Notes: generated by a model from the sequence alone, not told the origin. DNA of 53,760 nucleotides from Clostridia bacterium (GCA_024404445.1 JAKSPY010000002.1:1-53760); one strand, 5' to 3'; counted from the first letter of the stretch, positions 10,818-21,087 are shown. Numbers and translations are program-made.

Positions 10818-11447
10818 TTATTTCGTACCGAATATTCTGTCGCCGGCATCACCGAGACCGGGGACGATATAATCGTTTTCGTTAAGGTGTGAGTCAATCG
10901 ACGCGACGTAAATATCAACGTCGGGATGGGCATCCTGAACAACCTTGATGCCCTCCGGCACCGCGACAAGGCACATAAGGCGGATATTGCTGCAACCGCG
11001 TTTTTTCAGCATCGTGATGGCATCGCGTGAGGAACCGCCGGTGGCGAGCATCGGGTCGACGACGATGACAAGTCGTTTATCGACATCCTCCGGGAGCTTA
11101 CAATAATATTCGACGGGTGAGTGCGTCACGGGATCGCGGTACAGACCTATGAAGCCGACCTTTGCGACCGGCACAAGCGTGTGCATACCGTCAAGCATAC
11201 CAAGACCTGCACGGAGAATCGGCACGATGGCAAGCTTCTTTCCGGAAATCCTCTTTCCGACCATTTTGGAGATCGGTGTTTCGATATCGACGTCCTCGAC
11301 AGATAAGTCACGTGTGACCTCGTAACCCATAAGCAAAGCGATCTCATTCAACAGTTCTCTGAAATCCTTTGAGCCTGTTTCCTTCATGCGCATCTGCGTA
11401 AGCTTATGCTGTACAAGCGGGTGGTCAATAATATGTACTGTACTCAT
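10818..11447 (-). CDS. upp: Uracil phosphoribosyltransferase
   Basis: 209 aa with [12 protein letters not shown] at the N-terminus and the PRPP motif [13 protein letters not shown]. Confidence 0.95.
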   Translation of the reverse strand: MSTVHIIDHPLVQHKLTQMRMKETGSKDFRELLNEIALLMGYEVTRDLSVEDVDIETPISKMVGKRISGKKLAIVPILRAGLGMLDGMHTLVPVAKVGFIGLYRDPVTHSPVEYYCKLPEDVDKRLVIVVDPMLATGGSSRDAITMLKKRGCSNIRLMCLVAVPEGIKVVQDAHPDVDIYVASIDSHLNENDYIVPGLGDAGDRIFGTK

Positions 11448-11540
11448 AAAAAACTATCCTCCGTTGCGGTTTTTTTCTATTATATCCCCAGTGACCTCAT
11501 ATTGCAACCCATAACGACCATTTTCGTCGTTTTTACCAAA

Positions 11541-12497
11541 TCATTTTTTCAGAAACGGAATCTCATCGCGGCTAAGCGAAAACTCCCTGCCGTTGAGGTA
11601 TGACAGGGCATCGTCACCCTGACCGAAAACCAACCTGTATGAATACAGTGCCTGATGCGAATATCCGCGCGCGCGATCCTTTTTGTTCTCGGCATATTTT
11701 CCGTCGCCGATAAGCGGATGACCGACGGATGCCATATGAGCGCGAATCTGATGCGTGCGGCCCGTGACCAGCTCTATCTCCAACGTGGAATCATGCCCGT
11801 CATAATCGGTCACGCGGTATTTTGTTACGATTTTCTTCTGCTCGCGTTCGTGGCCTTTTTGGGGCACCTTTGACACGCTGACCGTATTCGTATCGCCGTC
11901 CTTTGTCAGATACCCCGTCAGCGTCGCCTCTTTCTGCTCCATTCTGCCGTGTACCATGCAAACGTAATACTTTGACACTGACCGTACGCGTATGCGTTCA
12001 TTCATATCGCGCAGGGCCTCTGCGTTTTTTGCGGCTGTGACGATACCGCCCGTATTCCTGTCTATGCGGTTACACAATGCCGGCGCGAACGAGTTTTCCG
12101 CGTCCGGATCGTATTCGCCCTTTTTCCACAGGTACGATTTCACCTGCTCGATAAGCGTATTCTGTTCTCCGTCGGTGTCGCTGTGTGACAGCAGTCCGAC
12201 CGGCTTATTGCAGATGATTATATTGTCATCCTCATATACGATGCCGAACGTCGGCACGATGTTTTTATAAAAATCGTCCTTTTGACCCTGCACAAGGAAA
12301 TCCTCCGGCACGAAAAGCTCGACCGTGTCGCCCTCGCACAGCATTTGCGATATCTCCGCACGTTTGCGATTAACCTTGATTTTTTTCGTGCGGATGAATT
12401 TGTACATCATCGACTGCGGCATATTCTCAAATGTTTTTCTGATGAATTTATCCACGCGCTGTCCCGCGTCGTTTTTGCCGATAGTCAATATTCTCAT
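11541..12497 (-). CDS. RluA-family 23S rRNA pseudouridine synthase (RluD/RluC-like)
   Basis: N-terminal S4-like domain, catalytic region HRIDRNTGG-like (CNRIDRNTGGIV), and GRTHQIRAHMASVGHPLIGDGKY. Confidence 0.88.
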   Translation of the reverse strand: MRILTIGKNDAGQRVDKFIRKTFENMPQSMMYKFIRTKKIKVNRKRAEISQMLCEGDTVELFVPEDFLVQGQKDDFYKNIVPTFGIVYEDDNIIICNKPVGLLSHSDTDGEQNTLIEQVKSYLWKKGEYDPDAENSFAPALCNRIDRNTGGIVTAAKNAEALRDMNERIRVRSVSKYYVCMVHGRMEQKEATLTGYLTKDGDTNTVSVSKVPQKGHEREQKKIVTKYRVTDYDGHDSTLEIELVTGRTHQIRAHMASVGHPLIGDGKYAENKKDRARGYSHQALYSYRLVFGQGDDALSYLNGREFSLSRDEIPFLKK

Positions 12498-13792
12498 ATT
12501 ATGCCTCCATACAGCTTTCCGCCTTCATAGCGGTCGATGCGCACGTCGGCGATCACGCCCTGCAGGCTCTTGTCGCCGCGCACGTATACCTCTGTCATCT
12601 CAGGGGTGTGCCCTATATTATAGCCGCCGTGAGGCGTTTCAAACAGAACCTGCGCCGTCCTGCCGACCTGATCGCGCATAACTGCGTCATGCAGTTCGTC
12701 GCCTATCGCAATAAGGCACGCGGCGCGCTCGTTCTTGACATTCTCCGGTATCTGATCCGACATCGTCGCGGCATCCGTACCACGCCTTGGAGAAAACGGG
12801 AAAACGTGCATATGCAAAAAGCCTATCTCCCGCGCCAACGCACACGAATCATTGAAGTCGGCGTCGGTCTCGCCCGGAAATCCGACGATCATATCGCAGG
12901 TGAACGTCGCCGTCGGCATCACAGAGCGTATGTATCTGACAGATTCCAGCACCTGACGGCTGTTATATTTGCGGCGCATAGCGTTCAGCACCCGATCCGA
13001 TCCGCTTTGTAACGAAAGATGAAAGCTGGGCATGAATTTACCGACGGAAACGAGTACGTCGATAAAGTCCTTCGTCAGCCGCGACGGCTCCATAGAGCCC
13101 AGCCGTATGCGGCGTATGTTTTCGTCGCGTGCCACTGCCGCGATCAGATCGGACAGCTTTTCCCCCGTATCCCTGCCGAACGACGCCGTTTCTATACCCG
13201 TCAGCACCACCTCTCGGTAGCCGTTGTCACCGAGGCCGCGCACCTCCCGGCAAATATCGTCGATACTGCGTGAGCTGACCGCGCCGCGTGCGGTGCGGAT
13301 AATGCAGTATGAGCAGTTATTATCGCATCCGTCTGACGTTTTCACGTATGCGCGTGTATGATCGGACGTCGTGACAGTCATGCTTTCGCATTTTACACCG
13401 TCAAGCTCACCAACATTTGCGTGCGGTGTGACGTCGAGTCCCGACGATACCATATCTATTATCCCGGCGGCTGTCAGCTTATTTCTGTTGCCGCAGACGT
13501 ATACGACGTTCGGCAATCGCAACGCGTCCGACGGAAACAGCTGTGAATAGCACCCCATGACGATGATCTTCGCCGCCGGATTCAATTTTGAGGCGCGGCG
13601 GATCATCTGACGCGATTTTCTCTCGCTTTCGGCAGTGACGGCGCAGGTGTTTATGACGTAAAAATCAAGCCCGCGCAAAAATTCGCATACCGTATGACCT
13701 TTTTCGGTCAGTATGCGTGCGAGTGCCTCCGATTCGTATTGATTGACACGGCATCCCAGCGTAAGGATGCCGACCGTCAGATTTCTGCCCAT
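12494..13792 (-). CDS. mtaB: MtaB-like radical SAM tRNA methylthiotransferase
   Basis: UPF0004 N-domain LTLGCRVNQYESE, radical SAM motif CDNNCSYCII, and a TRAM-like C-terminus. The start is taken at MGRNLTV (13792); the longer track ORF would run into the upstream terminator and promoter. Confidence 0.85.
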   Translation of the reverse strand: MGRNLTVGILTLGCRVNQYESEALARILTEKGHTVCEFLRGLDFYVINTCAVTAESERKSRQMIRRASKLNPAAKIIVMGCYSQLFPSDALRLPNVVYVCGNRNKLTAAGIIDMVSSGLDVTPHANVGELDGVKCESMTVTTSDHTRAYVKTSDGCDNNCSYCIIRTARGAVSSRSIDDICREVRGLGDNGYREVVLTGIETASFGRDTGEKLSDLIAAVARDENIRRIRLGSMEPSRLTKDFIDVLVSVGKFMPSFHLSLQSGSDRVLNAMRRKYNSRQVLESVRYIRSVMPTATFTCDMIVGFPGETDADFNDSCALAREIGFLHMHVFPFSPRRGTDAATMSDQIPENVKNERAACLIAIGDELHDAVMRDQVGRTAQVLFETPHGGYNIGHTPEMTEVYVRGDKSLQGVIADVRIDRYEGGKLYGGII

Positions 13793-13815
13793 AGTAACCC
13801 CGAATGTTTTTTTAC

Positions 13816-13844
13816 ATTGTACCACGAACGAGGATGCTATGCAA
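13816..13844 (-). promoter_or_regulatory. Sigma-A-type promoter upstream of mtaB
   Basis: The minus strand reads TTGCAT-17 nt-TACAAT, with TGg immediately upstream of the -10 (extended -10). Confidence 0.5.
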
Positions 13845-13854
13845 TATGAAGTTG

Positions 13855-13878
13855 AAAAAAGCCCGACTCGCGTCAGGC
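13855..13878 (-). terminator. Intrinsic terminator after the D-Ala-D-Ala carboxypeptidase gene
   Basis: The minus strand reads GCCUGAC-GCGA-GUCGGGC (7-bp stem, GNRA loop) followed by UUUUUU. Confidence 0.6.
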
Positions 13879-13884
13879 ATAATT

Positions 13885-15030
13885 TCATTTACACAGTATG
13901 AATCTGCGCCACAGGCGCGGCAACAGAGTGAAAAACGTCACCCTGTCAACGCTGTCGACGGCAACAATATCAGCCGTACCGATGACACGGTCGCCGATCT
14001 TATACGTTACGGTACCTACCTTATCTCCGACGGCCACAGGTGCCGCGACGTTATCGTACAGCTCAGTGACTGCCTCGACCTTTGACGGCTCACCCTTTTG
14101 TAACAGCGCACCGAAGCCGACCGTTTTTACCGCGACGGTTTTGTCTGTTCCACCGACTACGTCAACCGTGCCGATATCCCTTGCGCCGTCATTATACGCG
14201 GCGTAATTGGCATATCCGTAATCAAGCATGGACTTTGCCAGCGCGTTACGTGCGTCGCGCGTCGACGAGCCCATGATGACCGCGATAAGATTCAGCCCGT
14301 CGCGGCTTGCCGTCGCGCTGATGCAAAAGCCCGCCCGCGAGGTTGAGCCGGTTTTCAGTCCGGTGGCTCCGTCATAAAAACGAATCAGGCGATTTGTGTT
14401 AGACAGCCCGAACGCGCCGTTGCGTATCGTATCCATCCATATCGTGGAGTAATTGAAAACCAACGGATGAGATATGACTGCGGCGCTTATCGTGGCTATA
14501 TCGCGCGCCGTCATAACGTGATTCGTTGCCGTGTCATCAAGGCCGGTCGCGTTTTCAAAATGCGATGACTTACATCCCAATTCGGCGGCACGCTCATTCA
14601 TTTTTGCGATGAATGTCGCCTCACTGCCGCAAACGTACTCTGCCAACGCCGTGGCGGCGTCATTGGCCGACGATACGATCATACATTTCATCAGCTCATC
14701 GACAGTCATCTGTTCACCTTCTGCAAGGTAGACCTGTGAGCCACCCTTGCCCGCGGCGTTTGCACTGACTGTCACGACGTCTGTCAGCGCGATATTGCCG
14801 CTGTCGATAGCCTCCAGCACGAGTAGCATCGTCATCACCTTTGTGACCGACGCGGGTGAATATGCCTCATCGGCGTTCAGTTCAAACAGTACGGCGCCCG
14901 TGTCACCGTCTATCAGTATCGCCGATCTTGCGTCTATTCCATCGCCGGAAAACGGCGTTACGGCGTATATCGGTATCTGCATAATGAGTATCATCGCCAC
15001 AATCAGAACAAAAGACAGTGTTTTTTTCAT
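13885..15030 (-). CDS. Serine-type D-alanyl-D-alanine carboxypeptidase (S11, PBP5-like)
   Basis: Signal peptide MKKTLSFVLIVAMILIM. Motifs are SxxK (SVTK), SxN (SAND) and KTG (KTGST). The start at 15030 follows GGAGGCTGAT. Confidence 0.85.
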   Translation of the reverse strand: MKKTLSFVLIVAMILIMQIPIYAVTPFSGDGIDARSAILIDGDTGAVLFELNADEAYSPASVTKVMTMLLVLEAIDSGNIALTDVVTVSANAAGKGGSQVYLAEGEQMTVDELMKCMIVSSANDAATALAEYVCGSEATFIAKMNERAAELGCKSSHFENATGLDDTATNHVMTARDIATISAAVISHPLVFNYSTIWMDTIRNGAFGLSNTNRLIRFYDGATGLKTGSTSRAGFCISATASRDGLNLIAVIMGSSTRDARNALAKSMLDYGYANYAAYNDGARDIGTVDVVGGTDKTVAVKTVGFGALLQKGEPSKVEAVTELYDNVAAPVAVGDKVGTVTYKIGDRVIGTADIVAVDSVDRVTFFTLLPRLWRRFILCK

Positions 15031-15115
15031 ATCAGCCTCCGGTATATTCATCGCTAATATGTATGCAACACCGTCCGAAAATATGAAAAATGCCACTCAG
15101 ACGAGTGGCATTCGT

Positions 15116-15355
15116 TTATTCCGCAGTATCTATGATGAAATCCTTGATTTCCTCAAAAAGCGCATCGGTATTATCCATATGAGCCGTAAGCTTTATCGGA
15201 TTTATGAGATCAAGGCTGAAAATACCCATGATCGACTTGGCGTCCACGATGTATCTGCCGCTGGAAAGGTCGATATCCGCGTCATACTTACGGACCACGT
15301 CAACGAACGTACGTACAGCCTCAACTGTCGGAAGCTTGATAATTACTGATTTCAT
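15116..15355 (-). CDS. HPr-fold protein lacking the His15 equivalent (Crh-like)
   Basis: 79 aa. The Ser46 region is conserved (VDAKSIMGIFSLD versus the HPr consensus VNLKSIMGVMSLG). The region corresponding to GIHARPA reads LPTVEAVR, with no His. AGGAGGA RBS; start at 15355. Confidence 0.7.
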   Translation of the reverse strand: MKSVIIKLPTVEAVRTFVDVVRKYDADIDLSSGRYIVDAKSIMGIFSLDLINPIKLTAHMDNTDALFEEIKDFIIDTAE

Positions 15356-15388
15356 AGCATATCCTCCTATAATTATTTCAACACTGTT

Positions 15389-15417
15389 ATTATATCCATG
15401 AATGCGGCCGTTGTCAA
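15389..15417 (-). promoter_or_regulatory. Sigma-A-type promoter upstream of the HPr-like gene
   Basis: The minus strand reads TTGACA-17 nt-TATAAT (TTGACAacggccgcattcatggaTATAAT). Confidence 0.55.
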
Positions 15418-15465
15418 CACCCTGCATGTAAAATAACGGTATCGGGGCATTCTGTCTGCGTTATA

Positions 15466-16473
15466 TCAGCGCAAAACCTTGCTGAGGAATTCTGCGGCGC
15501 GCGGATTCTGAGGATTATTGAATAACTGCTCCGGTGTTCCCTGCTCCGCGATCACACCGCCGTCGATGAACAGTACACGGTCGGATACCTCGCGTGCAAA
15601 TCCCATTTCGTGGGTAACGATGACGCACGTCATACCGGATTTTACGAGGTCGTTTATCAAATCAAGCACCTCGCCGACCATTTCGGGATCGAGCGCCGAC
15701 GTCGGCTCATCAAACAGCATGACATCCGGGTTCATCGCCAGCGCGCGGGCGATCGCTATACGCTGTTTCTGACCGCCGGACAGCGTCGACGGATACTGAT
15801 TTGCGGTATCGGAGAGGCCGATGCGCTTCAAAAGCGCACGCGCGTTTTCTTCGGCCTTCAGCTTGACGGCTGACGGATCATCGGGCAATCCGATAAGCGG
15901 CTTCTTATCTTTTCTGAATACATTGGATAGCCTGATCCGATTATTTCTGCGAACTGCGGCACGATATTCGGCGATGCCTATCTTCACGGGTGCCAGCATG
16001 ATATTCTCTATGACGGACTTATTATTGAAAAGGTTGAACTGCTGAAATACCATGCCCATTTTCTGACGGGCGATGTTGATGTCGATATGATTTTCGTCAT
16101 ATATCTTTTTCATCAAAGCACGGTATTTCTTGCCCTCGGCATTGTATTTCTCGTGCAGGAGGTCTTCTTTCTTTATCTTTGCGATAGCGTCATCATCCGA
16201 CATACCTTCGGATATCAGCTTTGAGTACGTTTTTGATGCCCTGATCACGTCAAAATGCAGGTACGGATCGACCGGAGTGAGCAGCTTGCCCTCCATCCAT
16301 ACCTCACCGAACGTCGGATGCTCAAGCAGATTCATACAACGAAGAAGCGTCGATTTACCGGAGCCGGATGCGCCGATGACGGAAACCACCTGACCGTGCT
16401 CGATCTCGGTCGATATGCCTTTCAGCACCTGATGACTGCCGAAATATTTATATATGTTTTTGATCTCAAGCAT
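15466..16473 (-). CDS. Polar amino-acid ABC transporter ATP-binding protein with two large insertions
   Basis: Walker [11 protein letters not shown]-loop MVFQQFNLF, signature LSGGQKQR, Walker [14 protein letters not shown]-loop VTHEM. At 335 aa it is longer than the roughly 240 aa usual for GlnQ-type ATPases. Confidence 0.88.
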   Translation of the reverse strand: MLEIKNIYKYFGSHQVLKGISTEIEHGQVVSVIGASGSGKSTLLRCMNLLEHPTFGEVWMEGKLLTPVDPYLHFDVIRASKTYSKLISEGMSDDDAIAKIKKEDLLHEKYNAEGKKYRALMKKIYDENHIDINIARQKMGMVFQQFNLFNNKSVIENIMLAPVKIGIAEYRAAVRRNNRIRLSNVFRKDKKPLIGLPDDPSAVKLKAEENARALLKRIGLSDTANQYPSTLSGGQKQRIAIARALAMNPDVMLFDEPTSALDPEMVGEVLDLINDLVKSGMTCVIVTHEMGFAREVSDRVLFIDGGVIAEQGTPEQLFNNPQNPRAAEFLSKVLR

Positions 16474-17164
16474 GGGCCTTCATCCTCTTTTCCGCAAATT
16501 TCAGACCCTTTGACAGGATCAGATTCATGATAAAGTACAGCACACCGATGACAAAAAGCGTGGACAATGAATTATACGTGATGCCGACGACCGTCTTATA
16601 CGATGTCATGAGCTCACCAACGAAGAACGTCGATGCGAGTGACGTTTGCTTGATGTCCGTGATAAACTCATTGCCGAGTGCGGGCAGAATATTCTTTACC
16701 GCCTGAGGAAGCACGATCGACACCATCGTCGTCGAGTTATTGAGTCCGAGTGAGCGTGCCGCCTCAGTCTGTCCCTTATCTACAGCCTCAATGCCGGAGC
16801 GTATGATCTCTGAAACGTATGCGGCGGTGTTGAACGTCAGTGCCACCGCAACACAAATAAATGCCATAAGCTGTGACGGCATCGTGTTCATGTCGGGGAT
16901 CAGCATCGGAACAAGGAAGTACCCGACGTACAATTGCAACAATGCCGGAGTGCCGCGCATCACCTCAACGAACGCGATTATTATGGCGCGAAGCACCTTG
17001 AACCTTGACATTCTGCCGAATGCCAACAGTGCACCGATGACAGTGCCGCACAAAACCGCTATTGCCGCCAGCAACAGGGTATACATAATGCCCTGAAGCA
17101 CGAAGACGTCCCAATATTTGATGAAGATTTTTACCATATCGGTAAGAATGGAGCCGATAGTCAA
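16466..17164 (-). CDS. Amino-acid ABC transporter permease (His/Glu/Gln/Arg/opine family)
   Basis: 232 aa and multi-TM, with an EAA-like loop [22 protein letters not shown]. It overlaps the ATPase gene by 8 nt. Confidence 0.88.
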   Translation of the reverse strand: MTIGSILTDMVKIFIKYWDVFVLQGIMYTLLLAAIAVLCGTVIGALLAFGRMSRFKVLRAIIIAFVEVMRGTPALLQLYVGYFLVPMLIPDMNTMPSQLMAFICVAVALTFNTAAYVSEIIRSGIEAVDKGQTEAARSLGLNNSTTMVSIVLPQAVKNILPALGNEFITDIKQTSLASTFFVGELMTSYKTVVGITYNSLSTLFVIGVLYFIMNLILSKGLKFAEKRMKAHA

Positions 17165-17237
17165 TTTGTTCTCCTCCTTAATAAACCGAGTGATGCCTCC
17201 GAACCATGTCCGGAGGCAAGCACACTATTGTTATTGA

Positions 17238-18200
17238 TTATTGATACTGCTTGAGGAACGACTCGTATGCGGCTTTCTTTTCAAGGTCATCTGTAGATGC
17301 TGTACCCTGCGCAATCGAACCGTCGATGATCGGATTCTTGTTTTCATCCCAACCGAGGATCTTGTTACCGTTCTCATCATAGCCGTTTTCGTCGATCGTT
17401 GTGATATCGGAGTAGGTCTTGCAGGCGTTGAGCCATGCGTCGTAGAGATTTGCGGCCATAGCCTTTGCAAGTGCCTTGTTCACTTCCTCAAGAAGCGACT
17501 GCTGACTCTTGTTCAGAAGAATCACGTTATTCTTGTACTTTTCATCGATCTCAAATTTAAAGCCGCTGTAATCCACAACACCGTCATTCTGTGCGATGAA
17601 AGCGTCTCCGTTGACCTTGGCAACGGCAAATGCGTCGATCTGTCCGCCCTTAAGAGCAGTAAGAGCATCGCTGGTGGAATCGAACTTAACGATCTCGGCG
17701 CCCGCCGAAACGAGCTGCTCAGTAACCAGAAGCTGCTGAAGTGAGCCGCCCTGTGCTCCGACCTTCTTGCCGTTGAAGTCCTCGGCCTTTGTGTATGTAT
17801 TGCCGGCAAGCGTGATGACGATCTGATCTGTATTGTTGCCTTCGCCTGCAACATAGTAGTCACTGATAAGGAAGTTTTCGGCACGGTCAGCTGTCCATGC
17901 GAAACCGGAAATGCCGAGATCGGCGCTACCCGTCTGAACGGCACTCATGCAAGCGTAGAAATCCATCGGCTTGATGACCAGCTTTTTGCCGAGCTCTTTG
18001 GCAATGAAATTGCTGAGCAAAACGTCAAAACCGACGATGGCGTCTGAGCCGGACTTTGATGTATCGTAGAACTCAAGCGGTGCAAAATCCGGTGACATGG
18101 CAACGACGAGTGTGTCGCTCGTATCATTGCCGCAGGAAACGAATGTAAATGTTCCGACAAGCATTATTGCCGCAAGAACGATAGAAATGATTTTTTTCAT
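17238..18200 (-). CDS. Amino-acid ABC substrate-binding lipoprotein with C-terminal extension
   Basis: Lipobox TFTFVSCGN. The body is family-3 SBP-like (DFAPLEFYD..., GFAWTADR), followed by about 70 extra acidic C-terminal residues. Confidence 0.8.
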   Translation of the reverse strand: MKKIISIVLAAIMLVGTFTFVSCGNDTSDTLVVAMSPDFAPLEFYDTSKSGSDAIVGFDVLLSNFIAKELGKKLVIKPMDFYACMSAVQTGSADLGISGFAWTADRAENFLISDYYVAGEGNNTDQIVITLAGNTYTKAEDFNGKKVGAQGGSLQQLLVTEQLVSAGAEIVKFDSTSDALTALKGGQIDAFAVAKVNGDAFIAQNDGVVDYSGFKFEIDEKYKNNVILLNKSQQSLLEEVNKALAKAMAANLYDAWLNACKTYSDITTIDENGYDENGNKILGWDENKNPIIDGSIAQGTASTDDLEKKAAYESFLKQYQ

Positions 18201-18253
18201 GATTGACCTCTTTAGATATGGTAACGGTGTGACCGTTGATTTATGATGACAAC

Positions 18254-18282
18254 ATAATACACCCGTAAAACCCGTTTGTCAA
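18254..18282 (-). promoter_or_regulatory. Sigma-A-type promoter upstream of the amino-acid ABC operon
   Basis: The minus strand reads TTGACA-17 nt-TATTAT, about 50 nt upstream of the SBP start. Confidence 0.55.
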
Positions 18283-18495
18283 TACATTTTATGAAAAAAT
18301 ATTCAATATATTTGCATATTTATTCAAACTATTCAATCACCACCAACACTACTGCCCGAATTTGTGCAACCTGCATAATTATCTGACGATTTACGGCCTG
18401 CCGCGGTCTATTTTGTCACCGCTTTTTGCAGTCAGGCATTCATTTTATACACACATTTATGTATATTTGGCATGAATATATGCACTAATATTCAT

Positions 18496-19200
18496 TTACA
18501 GCAGTACATCGCGGTTAGTGCCGTAGAATATGTCGTCTTTCCCGCCGATAAAGCGGCAGAATTCCTCAAAACGCGACCATGTGTCGGCGATATCGAATTC
18601 ATAGCTATGCCCCCAGATATAGAATACCTGCACATCATCACATTCCAAAGCGTCAAGCGAAATGAATTCCCCGCCGAGCGAAAACAGCTCGTCAAGCTCA
18701 ACGTGATACACGGTCGGGTCATATCTGTACAAATTGTCGCGCCTGCCGAAGCCGTGCGTCTGCCCTATTGTGCGCGCATATCTGACGCCGGTCCGGTTTT
18801 TGATTATCTCCGCTGTGTGTTCATCGTTGTTTACCCCGCCGCACGGGTAGGCCATGCCGATGACCTCGTATCCGCACAGAGATGACAGGTTCAGCCTGTC
18901 CTGCTCAACCTGTCGTACAACCTCATCCTCATCAAGAACTGTCAGATTCGGGTGACGCAGGGTATGCACGGCGACCTCATGTCCCGAATATATCGTGCGC
19001 ACGTCGTTCTTCTCCACTTTATTGTGGTCGACACGGACGCCTCCGCGTACGAGTGAGCCGGGCAAGCCGAGCAATTCACTGTTGAGGTTGAACGTACATT
19101 TCAGCCCGTATTTGTCCAATATCCCTATCAGTCGTACATCCTGCGTCACTCCGTCGTCGAAACTGAACGTGACCGCCTTTTTATATCCATTCGGAATCAT
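18496..19200 (-). CDS. Polysaccharide deacetylase (NodB-homology) family protein
   Basis: TFSFDDGVTQD (the DD metal/catalytic motif) and HTLRHPNLT (the HxxxH-type motif). The start at ATG 19200 has an AGGA upstream; the GTG at 19239 has no RBS. Confidence 0.75.
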   Translation of the reverse strand: MIPNGYKKAVTFSFDDGVTQDVRLIGILDKYGLKCTFNLNSELLGLPGSLVRGGVRVDHNKVEKNDVRTIYSGHEVAVHTLRHPNLTVLDEDEVVRQVEQDRLNLSSLCGYEVIGMAYPCGGVNNDEHTAEIIKNRTGVRYARTIGQTHGFGRRDNLYRYDPTVYHVELDELFSLGGEFISLDALECDDVQVFYIWGHSYEFDIADTWSRFEEFCRFIGGKDDIFYGTNRDVLL

Positions 19201-19258
19201 AATAATCGCCGTCCTTTCATTATATAATAATGATAGCACCGAGGGCGGGCAAAGTCAA

Positions 19259-19519
19259 TCAGAATATCGCCAGCAAAAGCACCGAGACCGCGGCACTGAC
19301 CGCTATTCCGAGGATAAACTCGGTCAGAGCGAAATCTGATTTCTTTCTTCGCAGTCTGCGCATTTCGGCCGACTGCCCGATTATCCTGTCGGCCTCGGCT
19401 ATGATGTCGCACTCGGCATATTCGCCGTCGTCCTTCAGTATTATCAGCGCCTCGTCAATAAGCGCGTTGCTCGTGTCCTTTATCAGTATCATGTTCTTTT
19501 TATAAGTTCGTTTTGTCAT
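19259..19519 (-). CDS. Small tail-anchored membrane protein of unknown function
   Basis: 86 aa starting MTKRTYKK, with AGGAGGGA upstream. It has a single C-terminal TM (FILGIAVSAAVSVLLLAIF). Only this part of the 223-aa track ORF avoids overlapping the plus-strand nucleotidyltransferase gene. Confidence 0.5.
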   Translation of the reverse strand: MTKRTYKKNMILIKDTSNALIDEALIILKDDGEYAECDIIAEADRIIGQSAEMRRLRRKKSDFALTEFILGIAVSAAVSVLLLAIF

Positions 19520-19639
19520 ATTCCCTCCTGTTTTTGAGATTATGCACACAAGGCACGCACGATATTCGCACAAAATAATATGATGAAGTGAATAAACGCC
19601 GGAAATATGCCTAACCATAAGAGAAAAAAGGAGGCAAAT

Positions 19640-20830
19640 ATGGGGATAAGAACAATTATCATGGCAGGGGGACGCGGCAGACGGCTGGCCCCGCTGACGG
19701 ATTTTATACCAAAGCCGCTTGTTACGGTGGCAAACGTGCCGCTTCTCGGCATAACGATAGATCATCTGGTGCAGATGGGATTTGACGATGTCGATATTTC
19801 GGTCGGCTATATGGCGGACAAAATATGCGATTACGTCGGAAGAAATTATAAAACCGGCATACGAACGCATAAGGAAAAGGAACCCCGCGGCACTGCGGGA
19901 TGTGTGCGCGACGTGCCACGGACGAAACACGGAGACACGCTGGTGGTCAGCGGGGATATATTATTCGACCTCGACCTTTCACGTGCGGTGGATTTTCACG
20001 CCGGAAGCGGAGCCGCGGCAACGGTAGTACTGACGCGTAAATCCGATCCCTGCCGATACGGCACGGTGACACTCGGTCCGTCGGGCATCATAACCGGCTT
20101 CCGTGAAAAGCCGGAATGGAAAAACGTGAATTCCGACCTTGTCAGCACGGGGATATACGTCGTGAGCGACGAGGTATTGAAAATGATACCCGGAAAAGGC
20201 GAGTGCGACTTTGCACGCGACGTTTTTCCTCATCTCGTCGGTCACGGGCTGTACGGCATAGAGCTTGACGGTTATTGGAACGACGTGGGTACGCCGGAGG
20301 ACTATCGCACGGCAAATCTCGATGCCGCCACAGGCAAGGTCGATTCAGTGGAAAAGATCAGACTGCACGACGGATCGGTCGTCGCACCGGATGCCTCCGT
20401 CAGCCCGTCTGCCAACATATCCGGTTGCGTGATAATGGGCGGAGCAACAATAGGCGACGGGGTCCACGCCTGCCGTGCGATCGTCGGCGCAGGAGCAAAA
20501 ATCGGCGACAGATGCACGCTGTACCCGTCAAGCTGTGTCGCACCGAATGCCGTGCTTCCGCCGGACACAGAGTTCGGCGATACGCCGACTGTCACGGGTC
20601 AGACCGACGGCACGATGAATGTCAGAAGCGCGGCGCACACGATCGGCGAGCTGATACGCCACGGCGCACAGGAGTGCGAATCGGGCGCCATGCTGGATTT
20701 TGATTTCGGTCGTGTGACCGTCGAATGCTCAGACGAGCATACGCTTGTATTACGCGCAGAAGCCGATAACAGATCGGATGCCGCGCTGTCATACAAATAC
20801 GCGGTGCGCGGCATCAGCGTAATAGAATGA
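19640..20830 (+). CDS. Sugar-1-phosphate nucleotidyltransferase with left-handed beta-helix domain and an unassigned C-terminal tail of about 95 aa
   Basis: N-terminus IIMAGGRGRRLAPLT (the GxGxRL NTP-transferase motif). The middle region has hexapeptide-like repeats (VIMGGATIGDGVHACRAIVGAGAKIGDRC). AGGAGG RBS before the ATG at 19640. Confidence 0.8.
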   Translation: MGIRTIIMAGGRGRRLAPLTDFIPKPLVTVANVPLLGITIDHLVQMGFDDVDISVGYMADKICDYVGRNYKTGIRTHKEKEPRGTAGCVRDVPRTKHGDTLVVSGDILFDLDLSRAVDFHAGSGAAATVVLTRKSDPCRYGTVTLGPSGIITGFREKPEWKNVNSDLVSTGIYVVSDEVLKMIPGKGECDFARDVFPHLVGHGLYGIELDGYWNDVGTPEDYRTANLDAATGKVDSVEKIRLHDGSVVAPDASVSPSANISGCVIMGGATIGDGVHACRAIVGAGAKIGDRCTLYPSSCVAPNAVLPPDTEFGDTPTVTGQTDGTMNVRSAAHTIGELIRHGAQECESGAMLDFDFGRVTVECSDEHTLVLRAEADNRSDAALSYKYAVRGISVIE

Positions 20831-20838
20831 AAATGCTA

Positions 20839-20867
20839 TTGCATTATTCGCATCGGGGGTGTATAAT
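20839..20867 (+). promoter_or_regulatory. Sigma-A-type promoter upstream of rnj, implying a leader of about 210 nt
   Basis: TTGCAT (20839-20844), 17 nt spacer, TATAAT (20862-20867). Confidence 0.55.
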
Positions 20868-21087
20868 GTTTACGTAAACGGCTACGCCGCTAAGTAACGA
20901 TAATAATTTGAATAATATATACGCGCAGGTTGACCGAGCGTGATGCGGACGCGAGGTTATTTCAAACGGCAAATACGGTAAGGCCCGAGGCGTTGTGGGC
21001 TGACGGCCTTATCTACATATTTTCGGATTATTTCTCGTGCAGAAATGCAGGAGTTCATTTTTGTACTACTATCGAAAGGAAATCAAT

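Noticed and set aside
19520-19930. N-terminal 137 aa of the 223-aa track ORF 19259..19930
   Set aside because: This part overlaps the strongly supported plus-strand nucleotidyltransferase gene and its RBS. A good AGGAGG plus ATG at 19519 defines a shorter 86-aa gene confined to the intergenic space.
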